The notes beneath the pieces are model-generated. The model was given only the letters and a program-made list of their open reading frames with translations, did no database searches and had not been told where the DNA came from. From positions 5,835 to 69,834 of the forward strand of contig JAYUCP010000171.1 in the NCBI GenBank assembly GCA_043740245.1: DNA of 64,000 bases, written 5' to 3'. The position numbers were made by a program, and so were the translations under genes. This document shows positions 17,154-29,135 of the stretch, one piece after another. This DNA comes from Acidobacteriota bacterium (GTDB taxonomy: Bacteria; Acidobacteriota; Blastocatellia; RBC074). Each line of letters starts with the position of its first letter. The first letter of the stretch is position 1.

Positions 17154-18062
17154 TCATTGTTTGACGGTTTGTGTCCCGGCGAGCGGCGGTTCGAGCGCAC
17201 GTTTCGGTTGTTCGGTCTGCGTCGCCGGAGCCTGGCTGCGAATGAAATCCTGCTCGGCCTCGAAGCCGTTGCCCAGCGCCTTCCACGCGGCGCTGCGATT
17301 GAAATAGGCCAGATTGAAATCGGGCTTCAACCGGATGGCTTCGCTGTAATCGGCGAGCGCGCCGCGCAGGTCGCCGAGGGCTTTGCGCGTCAGGCCGCGA
17401 TTGCTGTAGAGCAGCGCGAGGCTGGGGTCGAGCGCGATGGCTTGGTCGTAATCGCGGAGCGCGCCGCGCAGGTCGCCCTGATCGTGGCGGATGCCGGCGC
17501 GGTTGTTGAGGGCCGAGGGCAGGCGCGGATCGAGCATCAGCGCCTGTGTGTAATCGCTGAGGGCGGCGGCGAGGTTGCCTTTGTTTTGGTGGACGAGGCC
17601 GCGATTGTTCCAGGCCAGCACGGCGCGTGGGTCGAGCTTGATGGCGCGGCTGAAATCGTCGAGCGCGCCGTCCAATTCGCCCTGCTGGGAGCGCAGGTTG
17701 CCGCGCTTGATCCAGGCCAGGACGTAATGCGGGTTGAGCGCGAGGGCTTCGTCCAGATCGCCGCGCGCGGCGGCGTAATCCTGCTGGTCGTAGCGGACGA
17801 CGGCGCGGTTGTAATAGAGCACCGCCGCTTCGGGGTTGACGATGCCGATGTGATTGGCCGCCACAGCGCCGGGCGAGAGTTGGGTGGCGAGTTCGAGCGC
17901 GTGGTCGAAATCGTTGAAGGCGCCGTCGAGATCGCCTTGTTGATAGCGGGCCACGCCGCGTTTGAAAAAGTCTTCGGTGGAATTGGCGCGCGGCGTTTGC
18001 GCCTGGACGGAAGCGCTAACAGAGGCGAGCGTGAAAATTACGAGACAGAGAATGCGTTTCAT
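17154..18062 (-). CDS. Secreted TPR-repeat protein (paralog of 1759..2697)
   Basis: AAGGAG RBS plus ATG at 18062 and signal peptide. TPR units collinear with 1759..2697, including the C-terminal LEPPLA. Confidence 0.8.
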   Translation of the reverse strand: MKRILCLVIFTLASVSASVQAQTPRANSTEDFFKRGVARYQQGDLDGAFNDFDHALELATQLSPGAVAANHIGIVNPEAAVLYYNRAVVRYDQQDYAAARGDLDEALALNPHYVLAWIKRGNLRSQQGELDGALDDFSRAIKLDPRAVLAWNNRGLVHQNKGNLAAALSDYTQALMLDPRLPSALNNRAGIRHDQGDLRGALRDYDQAIALDPSLALLYSNRGLTRKALGDLRGALADYSEAIRLKPDFNLAYFNRSAAWKALGNGFEAEQDFIRSQAPATQTEQPKRALEPPLAGTQTVKQ

Positions 18063-18290
18063 GTTTTGAACTCCTTTCGATTGTCTGGCGGAACAACTTT
18101 GCGCGTGGCCGGGCGGCTTTACTTCAGCACCCTGCTAACTAAAGCGTGTCGGGCAGTTGTAACCGGCCACGCGCCGGAAACTTTTCATGGGTGCGGCTGA
18201 CTGACGCGCTTTACACACACTTCACCCAACGCCAGCGCGCAAGCGCCAGCCGTGAAGCGATTGCTTGTATCTGCTGGGGTGGTTGGCGGT

Positions 18291-18758
18291 TTATTCCGCT
18301 TCGAGAAAGTGTTGCAACTCGGCGGGCTGTTGCGGCAGCTTGCCGGGCGCACAGGCAAGCGCGCCCGCGCCCGCGCCGGTGATGCCGCCCGTGATGTTGC
18401 GGCCCCGGCCCAAGCCGGCGTACGCGCCGAAGAGCGCGCCTAACAGCGCCTCTTTTTGCCCTGGCGCGGCCAGCACGATGTCGGCCAGCGCCACGGCCAG
18501 CGGGCTGGCGGTCGGACTTTCCTTGAGTTGTTCAGCCGCTTCCATCACAGCGGCTTCAGCGCCGGCGCAGGCCAGGCGCGCGAGTTGGCGCAATTGGTGT
18601 TGGTCTTCGTGGCTGAGACCGAGCAGGCTCAGCCGCAACAGCATGTACTTCAGCCCGCGCCGCGCATCATCAAGGGCGAGCCGGCGCGCGTTGGCGTACT
18701 GCTGGCCGGCCGCTTGCGCGAGGTCTTGTTCTGCAAGGGAAAAGACGGTTTGATTCAT
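18291..18758 (-). CDS. Hypothetical protein with glycine-rich C-terminus
   Basis: GGGGGA motif 5 nt upstream of ATG 18758. Composition is protein-like, with C-terminal GRGRNITGGITGAGAGALACAPG. An overlapping plus-strand ORF (18265..18753) is less plausible. Confidence 0.35.
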   Translation of the reverse strand: MNQTVFSLAEQDLAQAAGQQYANARRLALDDARRGLKYMLLRLSLLGLSHEDQHQLRQLARLACAGAEAAVMEAAEQLKESPTASPLAVALADIVLAAPGQKEALLGALFGAYAGLGRGRNITGGITGAGAGALACAPGKLPQQPAELQHFLEAE

Positions 18759-18870
18759 TTCGTTCCCCCGGACACACTTCAGCCGTAACGCCGGGTAACA
18801 GGGCGCGGGCTAAGTTGTTATTGCCAGGCGCGCGGGTAACAAGTTGTGTTACCCGCGCGCGGGTTGCGCG

Positions 18871-19146
18871 CTACTTCGCGGGCGGAATACTGAGCTTCAA
18901 TTCAAAGACATGGTCTTGGGGCTTGAACTCGTTAAATGTGGGGGGCCAAGGCGGATCCGGATCCGCCGGGTCATGCGGAATCAGGATGAGCACCTTGAAT
19001 ACGCCTTTATCCGTGACTGTTCTTACTTCGGCGAGTTTGGGTTTGAAGGGTTCCTTTTTCAAAGTGTCCATGACTAGCCCTAGCAATTTGCCCTCTCCGG
19101 CCAGAGGCGTTTCATATTCCAGCACCCGCAGAAACTTCTCTTGCAT
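18871..19146 (-). CDS. Small hypothetical protein (91 aa) in a lower-GC segment
   Basis: AAGGAG RBS 7 nt upstream of ATG 19146. The segment has locally lower GC. Confidence 0.45.
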   Translation of the reverse strand: MQEKFLRVLEYETPLAGEGKLLGLVMDTLKKEPFKPKLAEVRTVTDKGVFKVLILIPHDPADPDPPWPPTFNEFKPQDHVFELKLSIPPAK

Positions 19147-19450
19147 GTTTTGCTCCTTACTTGGAAAGAGGTAGAGCGATTTGCCAAAGCGCTCCACCGA
19201 ATTTTCGGCAATGCCGTATTGTCGCGGCTTCAACGATTGGCATAGAATGCCGCCACCGTTGAGTTCAGCCGTGAGTCCCGCAATGACTCACGCCATGTTT
19301 CCGCCCTCCACACGGCATCGAGTTCGGGTTGTTACTTACTGCTTGTCTGCTGTAATGCACGATAGACCAGTGTGCTTTGATAGTCTTTAAGGTTTGGGAA
19401 AATTCCGGCTAAAGTCCGCTGAAATTTTTCCGGCCAGGGGGAGTAACTCG

Positions 19451-20833
19451 ATGAACACACGACCACGCATGATTTACGAATTCGGCCCGTACCGTCTGGA
19501 ACTGGCTGAATGCCGCTTGTTGCGGAACGGCAAAGAGGTAACGCTCAGGCCAAAGCTTTTCGATCTGCTGGCCGTGCTGGTGCAGCGCGGCGGGCAGATG
19601 ATCGAGAAAGACGAGCTATTGCAAACCGTCTGGCCCGACAGCGCCGTCGAAGAAAACAACCTGACCGTCAGCATCAACGCGCTACGCAAAAGCATCGGCG
19701 AACATTACATCGAAACCGTTTCGAAACGCGGTTACCGCTTCACGGCGGCGGTCAAGCCGGTGTCTGCGGATGCGCCAGCCACGGCTCAGCCCAGTGTGCC
19801 CGTGTTACCGCCCGGTGAATTGCAGCCGCCCGGCGGCGCGTTGCCGTTGCATTCGCGCCTATACATCGCGCGCCACACCGATGCGCAATTCGGCGCGGCC
19901 ATCGCGCGGCGCGACAGCATCGTGCTGGTCAAGGGCGCGCGTCAGGTGGGCAAGACTTCGTTGCTCGCGCGCGGCTTGCAACAGGCGCGGGCGGCGGGCG
20001 CGGCGGTCGTGCTGACCGACTTTCAACACCTCAACGCCGAAGCCTTTGCCACTGTCGAAAAGCTCTTGCTGACGCTGGCCGAATTGATCGCCGACCGGCT
20101 CGACCTGGATACGCCGCCGCACGAACACTGGAACAGCTTTCTCAGTCCGAGCAGCAATTTCGAGCGCTACTTGCGGCGGCAGGTGCTGGCGCGGCTGACG
20201 ACGCCGCTGGTGTGGGGTTTGGACGAAGTTGACAGGTTGTTCAGCTTTGCTTACGCCAGCGAGATTTTCGGCTTGTTCCGCTCGTGGCATAACCTGCGCG
20301 CGCTCGAACCCGAAGGGCCCTGGCCGCGCCTGACGCTGGCGCTGGCTTATGCCACCGAAGCGCATCTGTTTATCACCGATCTCAATCAATCGCCTTTCAA
20401 CGTTGGCACGCGGCTGGTGCTCGAAGATTTCACGCGCGAGCAAGTGGCCGAATTGAATGAACGCTACGGCGCGCCGCTTGGTGATGCTGCCGAGGTCGCG
20501 CGCTTTTTCGCCTTGCTGGGCGGGCATCCTTATCTGGCGCAGCGCGGCTTGTATGAACTGGCGCAACACGGTCTCGCGTTGACGGCGCTCGAAACGCAAG
20601 CCGACCAGGACGAAGGTTTGTTCGGCGATCATTTGCGGCGGCTGCTGGTGTCGCTCGAACGCGATGCGGCGTTGTGCGAAGCCTTGCGCGCGTGGTTGCG
20701 AGGCGAGGCCGCGCTGGCGAACGCGGAGTTTTACCGGCTGCGCAGCGCGGGCGTGCTGGCGGGCGAAGCAGCAGCCGAAGCGCGGCCACGCTGCGAGTTG
20801 TATGCGCGTTACTTGAAACAGCGGCTGTTGTGA
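19451..20833 (+). CDS. OmpR/PhoB-type winged-helix DNA-binding domain fused to AAA-like (P-loop) ATPase domain
   Basis: GGGGGAG RBS plus ATG at 19451. The N-terminal [54 protein letters not shown]...[15 protein letters not shown]...VSKRGYRF is a canonical trans_reg_C. A Walker [12 protein letters not shown] follows. The ATPase domain is paralogous to the N-terminus of 21194..24487 (shared GHPYL(A/T)QR). Confidence 0.75.
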   Translation: MNTRPRMIYEFGPYRLELAECRLLRNGKEVTLRPKLFDLLAVLVQRGGQMIEKDELLQTVWPDSAVEENNLTVSINALRKSIGEHYIETVSKRGYRFTAAVKPVSADAPATAQPSVPVLPPGELQPPGGALPLHSRLYIARHTDAQFGAAIARRDSIVLVKGARQVGKTSLLARGLQQARAAGAAVVLTDFQHLNAEAFATVEKLLLTLAELIADRLDLDTPPHEHWNSFLSPSSNFERYLRRQVLARLTTPLVWGLDEVDRLFSFAYASEIFGLFRSWHNLRALEPEGPWPRLTLALAYATEAHLFITDLNQSPFNVGTRLVLEDFTREQVAELNERYGAPLGDAAEVARFFALLGGHPYLAQRGLYELAQHGLALTALETQADQDEGLFGDHLRRLLVSLERDAALCEALRAWLRGEAALANAEFYRLRSAGVLAGEAAAEARPRCELYARYLKQRLL

Positions 20834-20843
20834 TGGTGTCAGC

Positions 20844-21138
20844 AGTCGCATTCTCTTCGTCGCAGAGCGACGGCTGACTTTAGCCGTGGGTTTCAACCCA
20901 CGGAACGTTCGGCAATAGTTCCCGCGTCGCGGAGCGACGCTTGATGCTTGGCGTAATTCGCATTGTGTTTTTCCGTCATCACGATGCAATGGAAAAGCGA
21001 GGTACAGGTTTGCCATTTCGTTTTTCCGTCAATCCTTCAAGCGTCGCTACGCGACGCGGGATGCGCGCGCTGTCGTCCGTGGGTTGAAACCCACGGCTAA
21101 AGTCAGCCGTCGCTCCGCGACGAAGAAAGTGCGCATTT
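20844..21138. mobile_element. MITE-like palindromic element, family A copy 1 (~60-bp imperfect TIRs, nested inner inverted repeats)
   Basis: Left end tcgcattctcttcgtcgcagagcgacggctgactttagccgtgggtttcaacccacgg pairs with the right end ccgtgggttgaaacccacggctaaagtcagccgtcgctccgcgacgaagaaagtgcgc. Inner inverted repeat cccgcgtcgcggagcgacgcttga / tcaagcgtcgctacgcgacgcggg. No coding capacity. Related copies at ~51003 and ~55883. Confidence 0.6.
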
Positions 21139-21193
21139 CGTAAAAAGATATGGGTAATGACAAGCCCCGCGTCGGGCTACTGATACGAGTTCA

Positions 21194-24100
21194 ATGATGG
21201 ACACATTGCAAAAACAATTCGCGCCCGGTTTTTATGTGGTCGGCGGCACGCTGCGCCACGATGCGCCGTCGTATGTCGAGCGGCGCGCCGATCACGAGTT
21301 GTTTGAAGCCCTGGCGCGCGGCGAATTTTGTTACGTGCTGACGGCGCGCCAGATGGGCAAATCGTCGTTGATGATTCGCACGGCGATGCGGCTGCGCGCG
21401 GCGGGTTGCGGTGTCGCCGTGCTCGATCTGACCGCCGTGGGCCAGAACCTGACGGCGGAGCAATGGTACGGCGGGCTGCTCTTGCAAGTCGGTCAGCGGC
21501 TCGAATTGGAAGACGAGTTGATCGAGTTCTGGCAAGCGCAAACGCTGCTCGGCCCGTTGCAACGCTGGCTGGCGGCGTTGCGCACGGTGGTGTTGGCGCA
21601 TTATCCAACCAGGCGGCTGGCCGGGCGGCTGGTGATTTTCATTGACGAGATTGACGCGGTGCGCAGCTTGCCGTTTTCGACTGATGAGTTCTTTGCCGGG
21701 TTGCGCGAATGTTACAACCTGCGCAGTGAAGACGCGGAACTGGAGCGCCTGAGTTTTTGTCTGTTGGGCGTAGCGACACCAGCGGACTTGATCCGTGACA
21801 CCCGCACGACGCCTTTCAACATTGGCCGCCGCGTCGAATTGCACGATTTCACCGCCGCCGAAGCCGCGCCGCTCGCGCAAGGCTTGAATTGCCCCGCGCC
21901 CAGCGCCGGCGCTTTGCTGGCGCGCATTCATCACTGGACGAACGGCCATCCTTACCTGACGCAACGCCTCTGCCAGGCCGTCGCCGAAGCCAATCTGCAA
22001 GCCACCAACCACCAGCCGCAATTGCCGCAATTAGTGGATGAGTTGTGCGCCGAATTGTTTTTCACGCGGCGCGCGCAGGAACGCGATGACAATTTGCTCT
22101 TTGTGCGCGAACGCCTGTTGCGCAACGAGACCGCTGTGGCGAGCCTGCTCGATCTTTATGCCAAGGTGCGCAAGGGTCGCCGCGTGATGGATGACGAAGC
22201 CGATCCGCGGGTGAGCACGTTGCGCTTGGCGGGCATTACGCGCGGCGCGCCCGCCGGGTTGGCGGAAGCAGGCTTGCAAGTGCGCAATCGCATCTACGCG
22301 CGCGTTTTCGATCCGGCCTGGGTTGCGGCGAACATGCCGCAGGCCGAATTGCGGCGGCAACGCGCGGCCTATCGGCGCGGCATTGTGCGCACGGCCTTGT
22401 TGAGCGGGTTGTTGCTGGCGCTGGTGGGCTGGCTGGCTTTCACCGCCATCCGCCAACGCAACCGCGCCGAACAGGAAGCCGAAGCGCGGCGGCAGTTGCT
22501 TTACGATTCGCAACTGCGCTTTGCCTGGCAGGAGTACCAGACCATCACCAACACTGACCGCATCGAAGAGTTGTTGGATGGCACCCGTCCGCAACCCGGC
22601 CAGAACGATTTGCGCGGGTTCGAATGGTATCAACTCTGGGCGCTCACGCATGGCGGCGTGTGGAGCTGGCAGGAGACACACAAAGTCGTCGCCACAGCCT
22701 TCTCCCCGGATGGCCAGACGCTGGCAATCGGTACGGCCAATCGCACGGGCGCGCACGGCGACAATCACTATCTGGTGAAACTCTACGACTTCAACACACG
22801 GCGCGAACTGCGTTCATTCCTCACACCCGCAGGCAACAGCTTCGATCTCATCAGCTTTACGCCAAACCTTGAACGTGTAGCCACAGATAGCCCCGGCAAT
22901 AACGTTGTGATGTGGGATGTGCTGACGGGCCAGCCGTTGGCGGTATTCAAAGGACACACCGCTTTGCTGACGGTCATCGCCTTTGCGCCCGATGGCCGCT
23001 GGCTGGCGACCGGCGATGTGACCGGCGTCGTGAAGCTCTGGGACACGGCGACGGGCCGCGAACGATTGACGCTGGGACAAAGCAAGACAGGCGCGCCGCC
23101 CTCGCACGACATCACCTGGCTCGCCTTTGCGCCGGATGGCCGCCGGCTGTTGGCCGCCGATGGCACATCAACCGCGCGTTGGTGGGAAACCGCGACAGGC
23201 CGCGCGCTGCCGCCGTTCACCTTGCCGGATGGCTTTGTTCAAAACGCCGTCTTTCTGCCCGGCGGCAAACAGATATTGATGGGCGACAAAGACAGCGTAT
23301 TCCACCTGTGGGACGTAGCAGCGCGGCGGCATTTAACCCGCTGGAACGGTCACGCCGGCTTTATCAAAGCCTTCGCTTTCGCGCCTGATGGCCGCACGTT
23401 GGCGACCGGCAGTTATGACCGCACCGTCAAACTCTGGCCGTTGGCGACGCTGCCTAAACAAGCGCCGCAACCCACGACGTTGCGCGGCCACGGCTCGGCG
23501 GTTTATTGCCTGGCCTGGTCGCCCGATGGCCGCTGGCTGGCGACGGGCAGTTTGGACAACACCGTCAAACTGTGGGACACGCACGTGCCGACCGACTTGC
23601 GGCTGCCGGCGGAAACGGTGGTTTCTTGGCACGCGACGGCGTTCACCAGCACGCACGAATTACTGGCGCTCGGCACGAGCAAAGGCGGAGAGGTGAAGCT
23701 CTGGAATCTGTCTACCGGCCAGACATTGGCGCAACTCAGCGGGTTGGAACCGGACAAGCCGTTGTTGTGCGCCGTCTTTTCGCCCGATCAACAGTTGGTG
23801 GTGACGAGCGGCATGGATTCGCTGGTCAGGCTCTGGGATACGGCCAGCGGGAAGCTGCTGCAAACGCTGGATCGGCACACGTCACTGGTCAAAGGCTTGG
23901 CCTTTTCAGCCGATGGCAAGTTGCTGGTGTCAGGTGGCGACGATTCATTATTCCAACTCTGGGAGACAGCAACGGGGCGCGCGTTGGGCCAATTCAAAAG
24001 TGAGGTGGACAATGCCTGGCGCGCGGCCTTTGCGCCGGATGGCCGCACACTGGCGGGGGCTTGCCGCGACGGCAGCGTGAAGCTGTGGGACGTGGCGACG

Positions 24101-24487
24101 CAACGACTCTTGCGCAGCTTCAATGGGCACACGGACAGAGTCAAAGCCCTGGCCTTTTCGCATGACGGCCACTGGCTGGCGACCGGCGGCGATGACGGCA
24201 TCATCAAATTGTGGGAAGCCGCCACGGGCCGCGCGCTGAAAACGCTGGGACGCAGCGACAAACTGCAACGCCTCGCCTTCTCGCCCGACGGCAAACGCCT
24301 GGTCACGGGCGGTGTGGATGGCGCCGTCAAACTCTGGGATCTGACCACCGGCCAGGAACTGCTGACCTTGCCAGGCCACCAGGACGAAGTGACTTCGCTC
24401 ACCTTTGCGGGCGACGGGTTGAGCCTGGCAACCAGCGGCGGCGACGGCACAGTGCGGCTTTGGCGCGCGTCGGCTGCTAGGCAGTAA
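21194..24487 (+). CDS. AAA-like ATPase domain + predicted TM helix + ~14 WD40 repeats (1097 aa)
   Basis: N-terminal P-loop ARQMGKSSLM and DEID Walker B-like motif. A hydrophobic segment ALLSGLLLALVGWLAFTAI lies around residue 400. The C-terminal half has repeated GH....V.AFAPDGR.LATGS.D..VKLWD units. Confidence 0.85.
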   Translation: MMDTLQKQFAPGFYVVGGTLRHDAPSYVERRADHELFEALARGEFCYVLTARQMGKSSLMIRTAMRLRAAGCGVAVLDLTAVGQNLTAEQWYGGLLLQVGQRLELEDELIEFWQAQTLLGPLQRWLAALRTVVLAHYPTRRLAGRLVIFIDEIDAVRSLPFSTDEFFAGLRECYNLRSEDAELERLSFCLLGVATPADLIRDTRTTPFNIGRRVELHDFTAAEAAPLAQGLNCPAPSAGALLARIHHWTNGHPYLTQRLCQAVAEANLQATNHQPQLPQLVDELCAELFFTRRAQERDDNLLFVRERLLRNETAVASLLDLYAKVRKGRRVMDDEADPRVSTLRLAGITRGAPAGLAEAGLQVRNRIYARVFDPAWVAANMPQAELRRQRAAYRRGIVRTALLSGLLLALVGWLAFTAIRQRNRAEQEAEARRQLLYDSQLRFAWQEYQTITNTDRIEELLDGTRPQPGQNDLRGFEWYQLWALTHGGVWSWQETHKVVATAFSPDGQTLAIGTANRTGAHGDNHYLVKLYDFNTRRELRSFLTPAGNSFDLISFTPNLERVATDSPGNNVVMWDVLTGQPLAVFKGHTALLTVIAFAPDGRWLATGDVTGVVKLWDTATGRERLTLGQSKTGAPPSHDITWLAFAPDGRRLLAADGTSTARWWETATGRALPPFTLPDGFVQNAVFLPGGKQILMGDKDSVFHLWDVAARRHLTRWNGHAGFIKAFAFAPDGRTLATGSYDRTVKLWPLATLPKQAPQPTTLRGHGSAVYCLAWSPDGRWLATGSLDNTVKLWDTHVPTDLRLPAETVVSWHATAFTSTHELLALGTSKGGEVKLWNLSTGQTLAQLSGLEPDKPLLCAVFSPDQQLVVTSGMDSLVRLWDTASGKLLQTLDRHTSLVKGLAFSADGKLLVSGGDDSLFQLWETATGRALGQFKSEVDNAWRAAFAPDGRTLAGACRDGSVKLWDVATQRLLRSFNGHTDRVKALAFSHDGHWLATGGDDGIIKLWEAATGRALKTLGRSDKLQRLAFSPDGKRLVTGGVDGAVKLWDLTTGQELLTLPGHQDEVTSLTFAGDGLSLATSGGDGTVRLWRASAARQ

Positions 24488-24524
24488 CGGAGGAGCAAGA
24501 CCTGCGTGCCTGCCCTGACCGGCG

Positions 24525-25235
24525 CTACACGAGATGCTTCTTGAAAAAGTCAGTCGTTCGCTCCTTCGACAACTTGATCGCGTCAGCCCCGCGAAAGCCG
24601 TGTCCCTCGCCCTTGTACTTGTGATATTCGAAGTCAGCCCCCTGCACCTTGCCGGCCTTCACCAGCCGTCCCGCCAGTTCATCGCTTTGCGTGATAGGGA
24701 CGATCTGATCGGCGTCGCCGTGATGAATTTGAACGAGCGGCAAATCGCCGAGGTGATCTGCCAGGCCATTGAATGGCCCCTGAGAAATCGGCGCGTAGAA
24801 TTCGACCACGGCGCCAGCGGCAACGCCCGGCTTGAGCTTCGCGCGACGCAGGGCGAGGTTACCGCCGAGCGAGAAGCCGAGCAGGCCGCGCTTCGCCTTT
24901 TTGTCCACCTCGGGCCGGCTGGCCGCGAAGTTCAAGCAGTCGCCGAGCGTGTCCAGCCATTCGCCGTGATGGGCCGGATAGTCATGCGAGACCGTGGCAA
25001 AACCTTCCGGCGTACCGCTGCGCTCAAAGAAGTGCGGCAGCAGCACCACGAAGCCTGCGCGCGCCAAATGCTGCGCGAAGTCGCGGAGCGCCGCGCCCAC
25101 GTCGTGGCCCAGGATTACTCCCAGCCCCTCCGTGCCGTAAGCCAGGACCACCGCCGGATGCGACCCGGACGCCGCCGGTAAAAATAACTCGACGGTGATC
25201 TTTTTTCCGCCGCTGTCGAATGTCGTAGTCGTCAT
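24525..25235 (-). CDS. Dienelactone hydrolase family alpha/beta hydrolase
   Basis: AAGGAG RBS plus ATG at 25235. Nucleophile elbow GFSLGG. The ORF extends to 25466 without an RBS. Confidence 0.65.
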   Translation of the reverse strand: MTTTTFDSGGKKITVELFLPAASGSHPAVVLAYGTEGLGVILGHDVGAALRDFAQHLARAGFVVLLPHFFERSGTPEGFATVSHDYPAHHGEWLDTLGDCLNFAASRPEVDKKAKRGLLGFSLGGNLALRRAKLKPGVAAGAVVEFYAPISQGPFNGLADHLGDLPLVQIHHGDADQIVPITQSDELAGRLVKAGKVQGADFEYHKYKGEGHGFRGADAIKLSKERTTDFFKKHLV

Positions 25236-25471
25236 TTGAGTCTCCTTTTCAGCCAGCACAACGCTGCTTGACGCCCGGCAGCAGCGCACCTGCCGCCAGG
25301 AAGTTTTTGGGATTTGAGGCGGTTGGCCGCCTCTACCAACAAAGGCGAGTTTCGGGCGGCAAAGCGGCCAACCGAATTGGAAAAATAGCGCGCGCAGCAA
25401 GGCTGTGTTAGATTGCGCGCCATTCAGGCAGTACTCACCAGCACCACACGGAACAGTTTGAGGCACGGCAA

Positions 25472-26104
25472 ATGGCAGTTTCTTCTACGCACGATGGCAC
25501 ACACGAAGTCACACGCTTGCTCACCGCGTGGAGCGCGGGCGACCAAGATGCTCTCGCCCAACTCGCCCCGCTCGTTGAAGCCGAGCTGGAACGGCTGGCG
25601 CACGCTTATCTAAACAAGGAACGCGCGGGCCACACGCTGCAAACGGGGGCGCTGGTCAACGAGGCCTATCTGCGTTTGATTGATTGGCAAAACCAGGATT
25701 GGCAGAACCGCGCGCATTTCGTCGGCGTGGCGGCCCGCTTGATGCGCCACGTGCTGGTGGATTATGCGCGCCGCCGCCAGTTGCCCAAACACGGTGGCGA
25801 GCTGTTGCGCGTTTCGCTCACGGCGGCGGCGCGCGCACCGCAAGCGCTCGACCCTGAGATCGTGGCGCTCGACGAGGCCTTGAAGACGCTGGCCGCTTTC
25901 GATCCGCGCCAGAGTTCCATCGTCGAGTTGCGCTTTTTCGGCGGCTTGACCGAAACAGAAGTGGCCGAGGTGTTGCAGATCAGCGAACGCACCGTGCGCC
26001 GCGAATGGAGCGTGGCGCAGGCCTGGCTTTACCGCGAATTGCAACGGGCTGAGCCGGACAAAGCCAACCACGGGGCACACGGGGCGCACGGGGAAAGCCA
26101 ATAA
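25472..26104 (+). CDS. ECF-type RNA polymerase sigma factor (TIGR02999-like subgroup)
   Basis: N-terminal EVTRLLTAWSAGDQDALAQLAPLV..ELERLA and a region-4 HTH LTETEVAEVLQISERTVRREW. The C-terminal tail NHGAHGAHGES is encoded by the left arm of a family-B palindromic repeat. Confidence 0.8.
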   Translation: MAVSSTHDGTHEVTRLLTAWSAGDQDALAQLAPLVEAELERLAHAYLNKERAGHTLQTGALVNEAYLRLIDWQNQDWQNRAHFVGVAARLMRHVLVDYARRRQLPKHGGELLRVSLTAAARAPQALDPEIVALDEALKTLAAFDPRQSSIVELRFFGGLTETEVAEVLQISERTVRREWSVAQAWLYRELQRAEPDKANHGAHGAHGESQ

Positions 26105-26143
26105 TCAAGGGCATCCCCGTGTGTTCCGTGCATCCCGTGGTTG
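26064..26143. repeat. GC-rich palindromic element, family B copy 2
   Basis: ccaaccacggggcacacggggcgcacgggga pairs with tccccgtgtgttccgtgcatcccgtggttg. Confidence 0.6.
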
Positions 26144-26180
26144 AACCTGTCTGACAATCTTTTGATAAAGTTGAAATTTG

Positions 26181-26313
26181 GTAACTACTCAGCCGGTAGC
26201 CGTGTCAGTAGCCCGACCGTGAGGAAGGGCGGGCTTCAATCAGACCAATGGGTTTTATTTGAAGCCCGCCCTCCCTCACGGTCGGGCTACTGACACGGGG
26301 CTGAGCAGTTACT
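26181..26313. repeat. Palindromic element family C copy 1 (~55-bp arms)
   Basis: gtaactactcagccggtagccgtgtcagtagcccgaccgtgaggaagggcgggcttcaa pairs with ttgaagcccgccctccctcacggtcgggctactgacacggggctgagcagttac. A shorter copy lies at 49191-49270. Confidence 0.6.
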
Positions 26314-26339
26314 TTCTTTAAATCTATAGCACGCCGCGT

Positions 26340-28721
<2,382 letters not shown>

Positions 28722-28999
28722 GTTGGTGCCAGCTTATTTCTGACTGGGGCAAGCGTTGCAAGGCATAAGTAGAGGCCAATCCGTTGAAACTACATGCACG
28801 TTGGCCGTGGGTCAAAAGCCGTGTGCGGTTCCACGTTTACGCCTTGAACTGCTGTCCCGGTTGTAATGTTGTTTGGCGTTGAGCCTGTGTTGAGGTCTGT
28901 GCCTCAATTCGTAAGCCGCATGAGACATTAAATCAGAAGTTCCGTCAAATCAGGCCTGCGGCAGGCGCGGGCGCAGACACAGACCGGAAAAAGTTTAAG

Positions 29000-29029
29000 T
29001 TGCCACGCCGGAAATGACCGGACTATAAT
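29000..29029 (+). promoter_or_regulatory. Sigma70-like promoter candidate (TTGCCA-N18-TATAAT)
   Basis: TTGCCA at 29000-29005 and TATAAT at 29024-29029, ~105 nt upstream of the hydrogenase-like operon start. Confidence 0.3.
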
Positions 29030-29135
29030 CGCGCCCGACTTTCCAAGGTTGCGTCAGCAACTTCCAATTGGCAATCCCCAAGCAATATCGTGCAGGTTCT
29101 GAGCCGGTGGTTTCTAAGGACAAGGTGACGGTGGC

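Noticed and set aside
18265-18753. 162-aa plus-strand ORF
   Set aside because: It is Cys/Ser/Ala-rich junk composition. The minus-strand ORF with an RBS is preferred, though itself low confidence.
21191-22030. 279-aa minus-strand ORF
   Set aside because: It lies antisense within the AAA-WD40 gene and is Arg/Ala/Gln-rich with no RBS.
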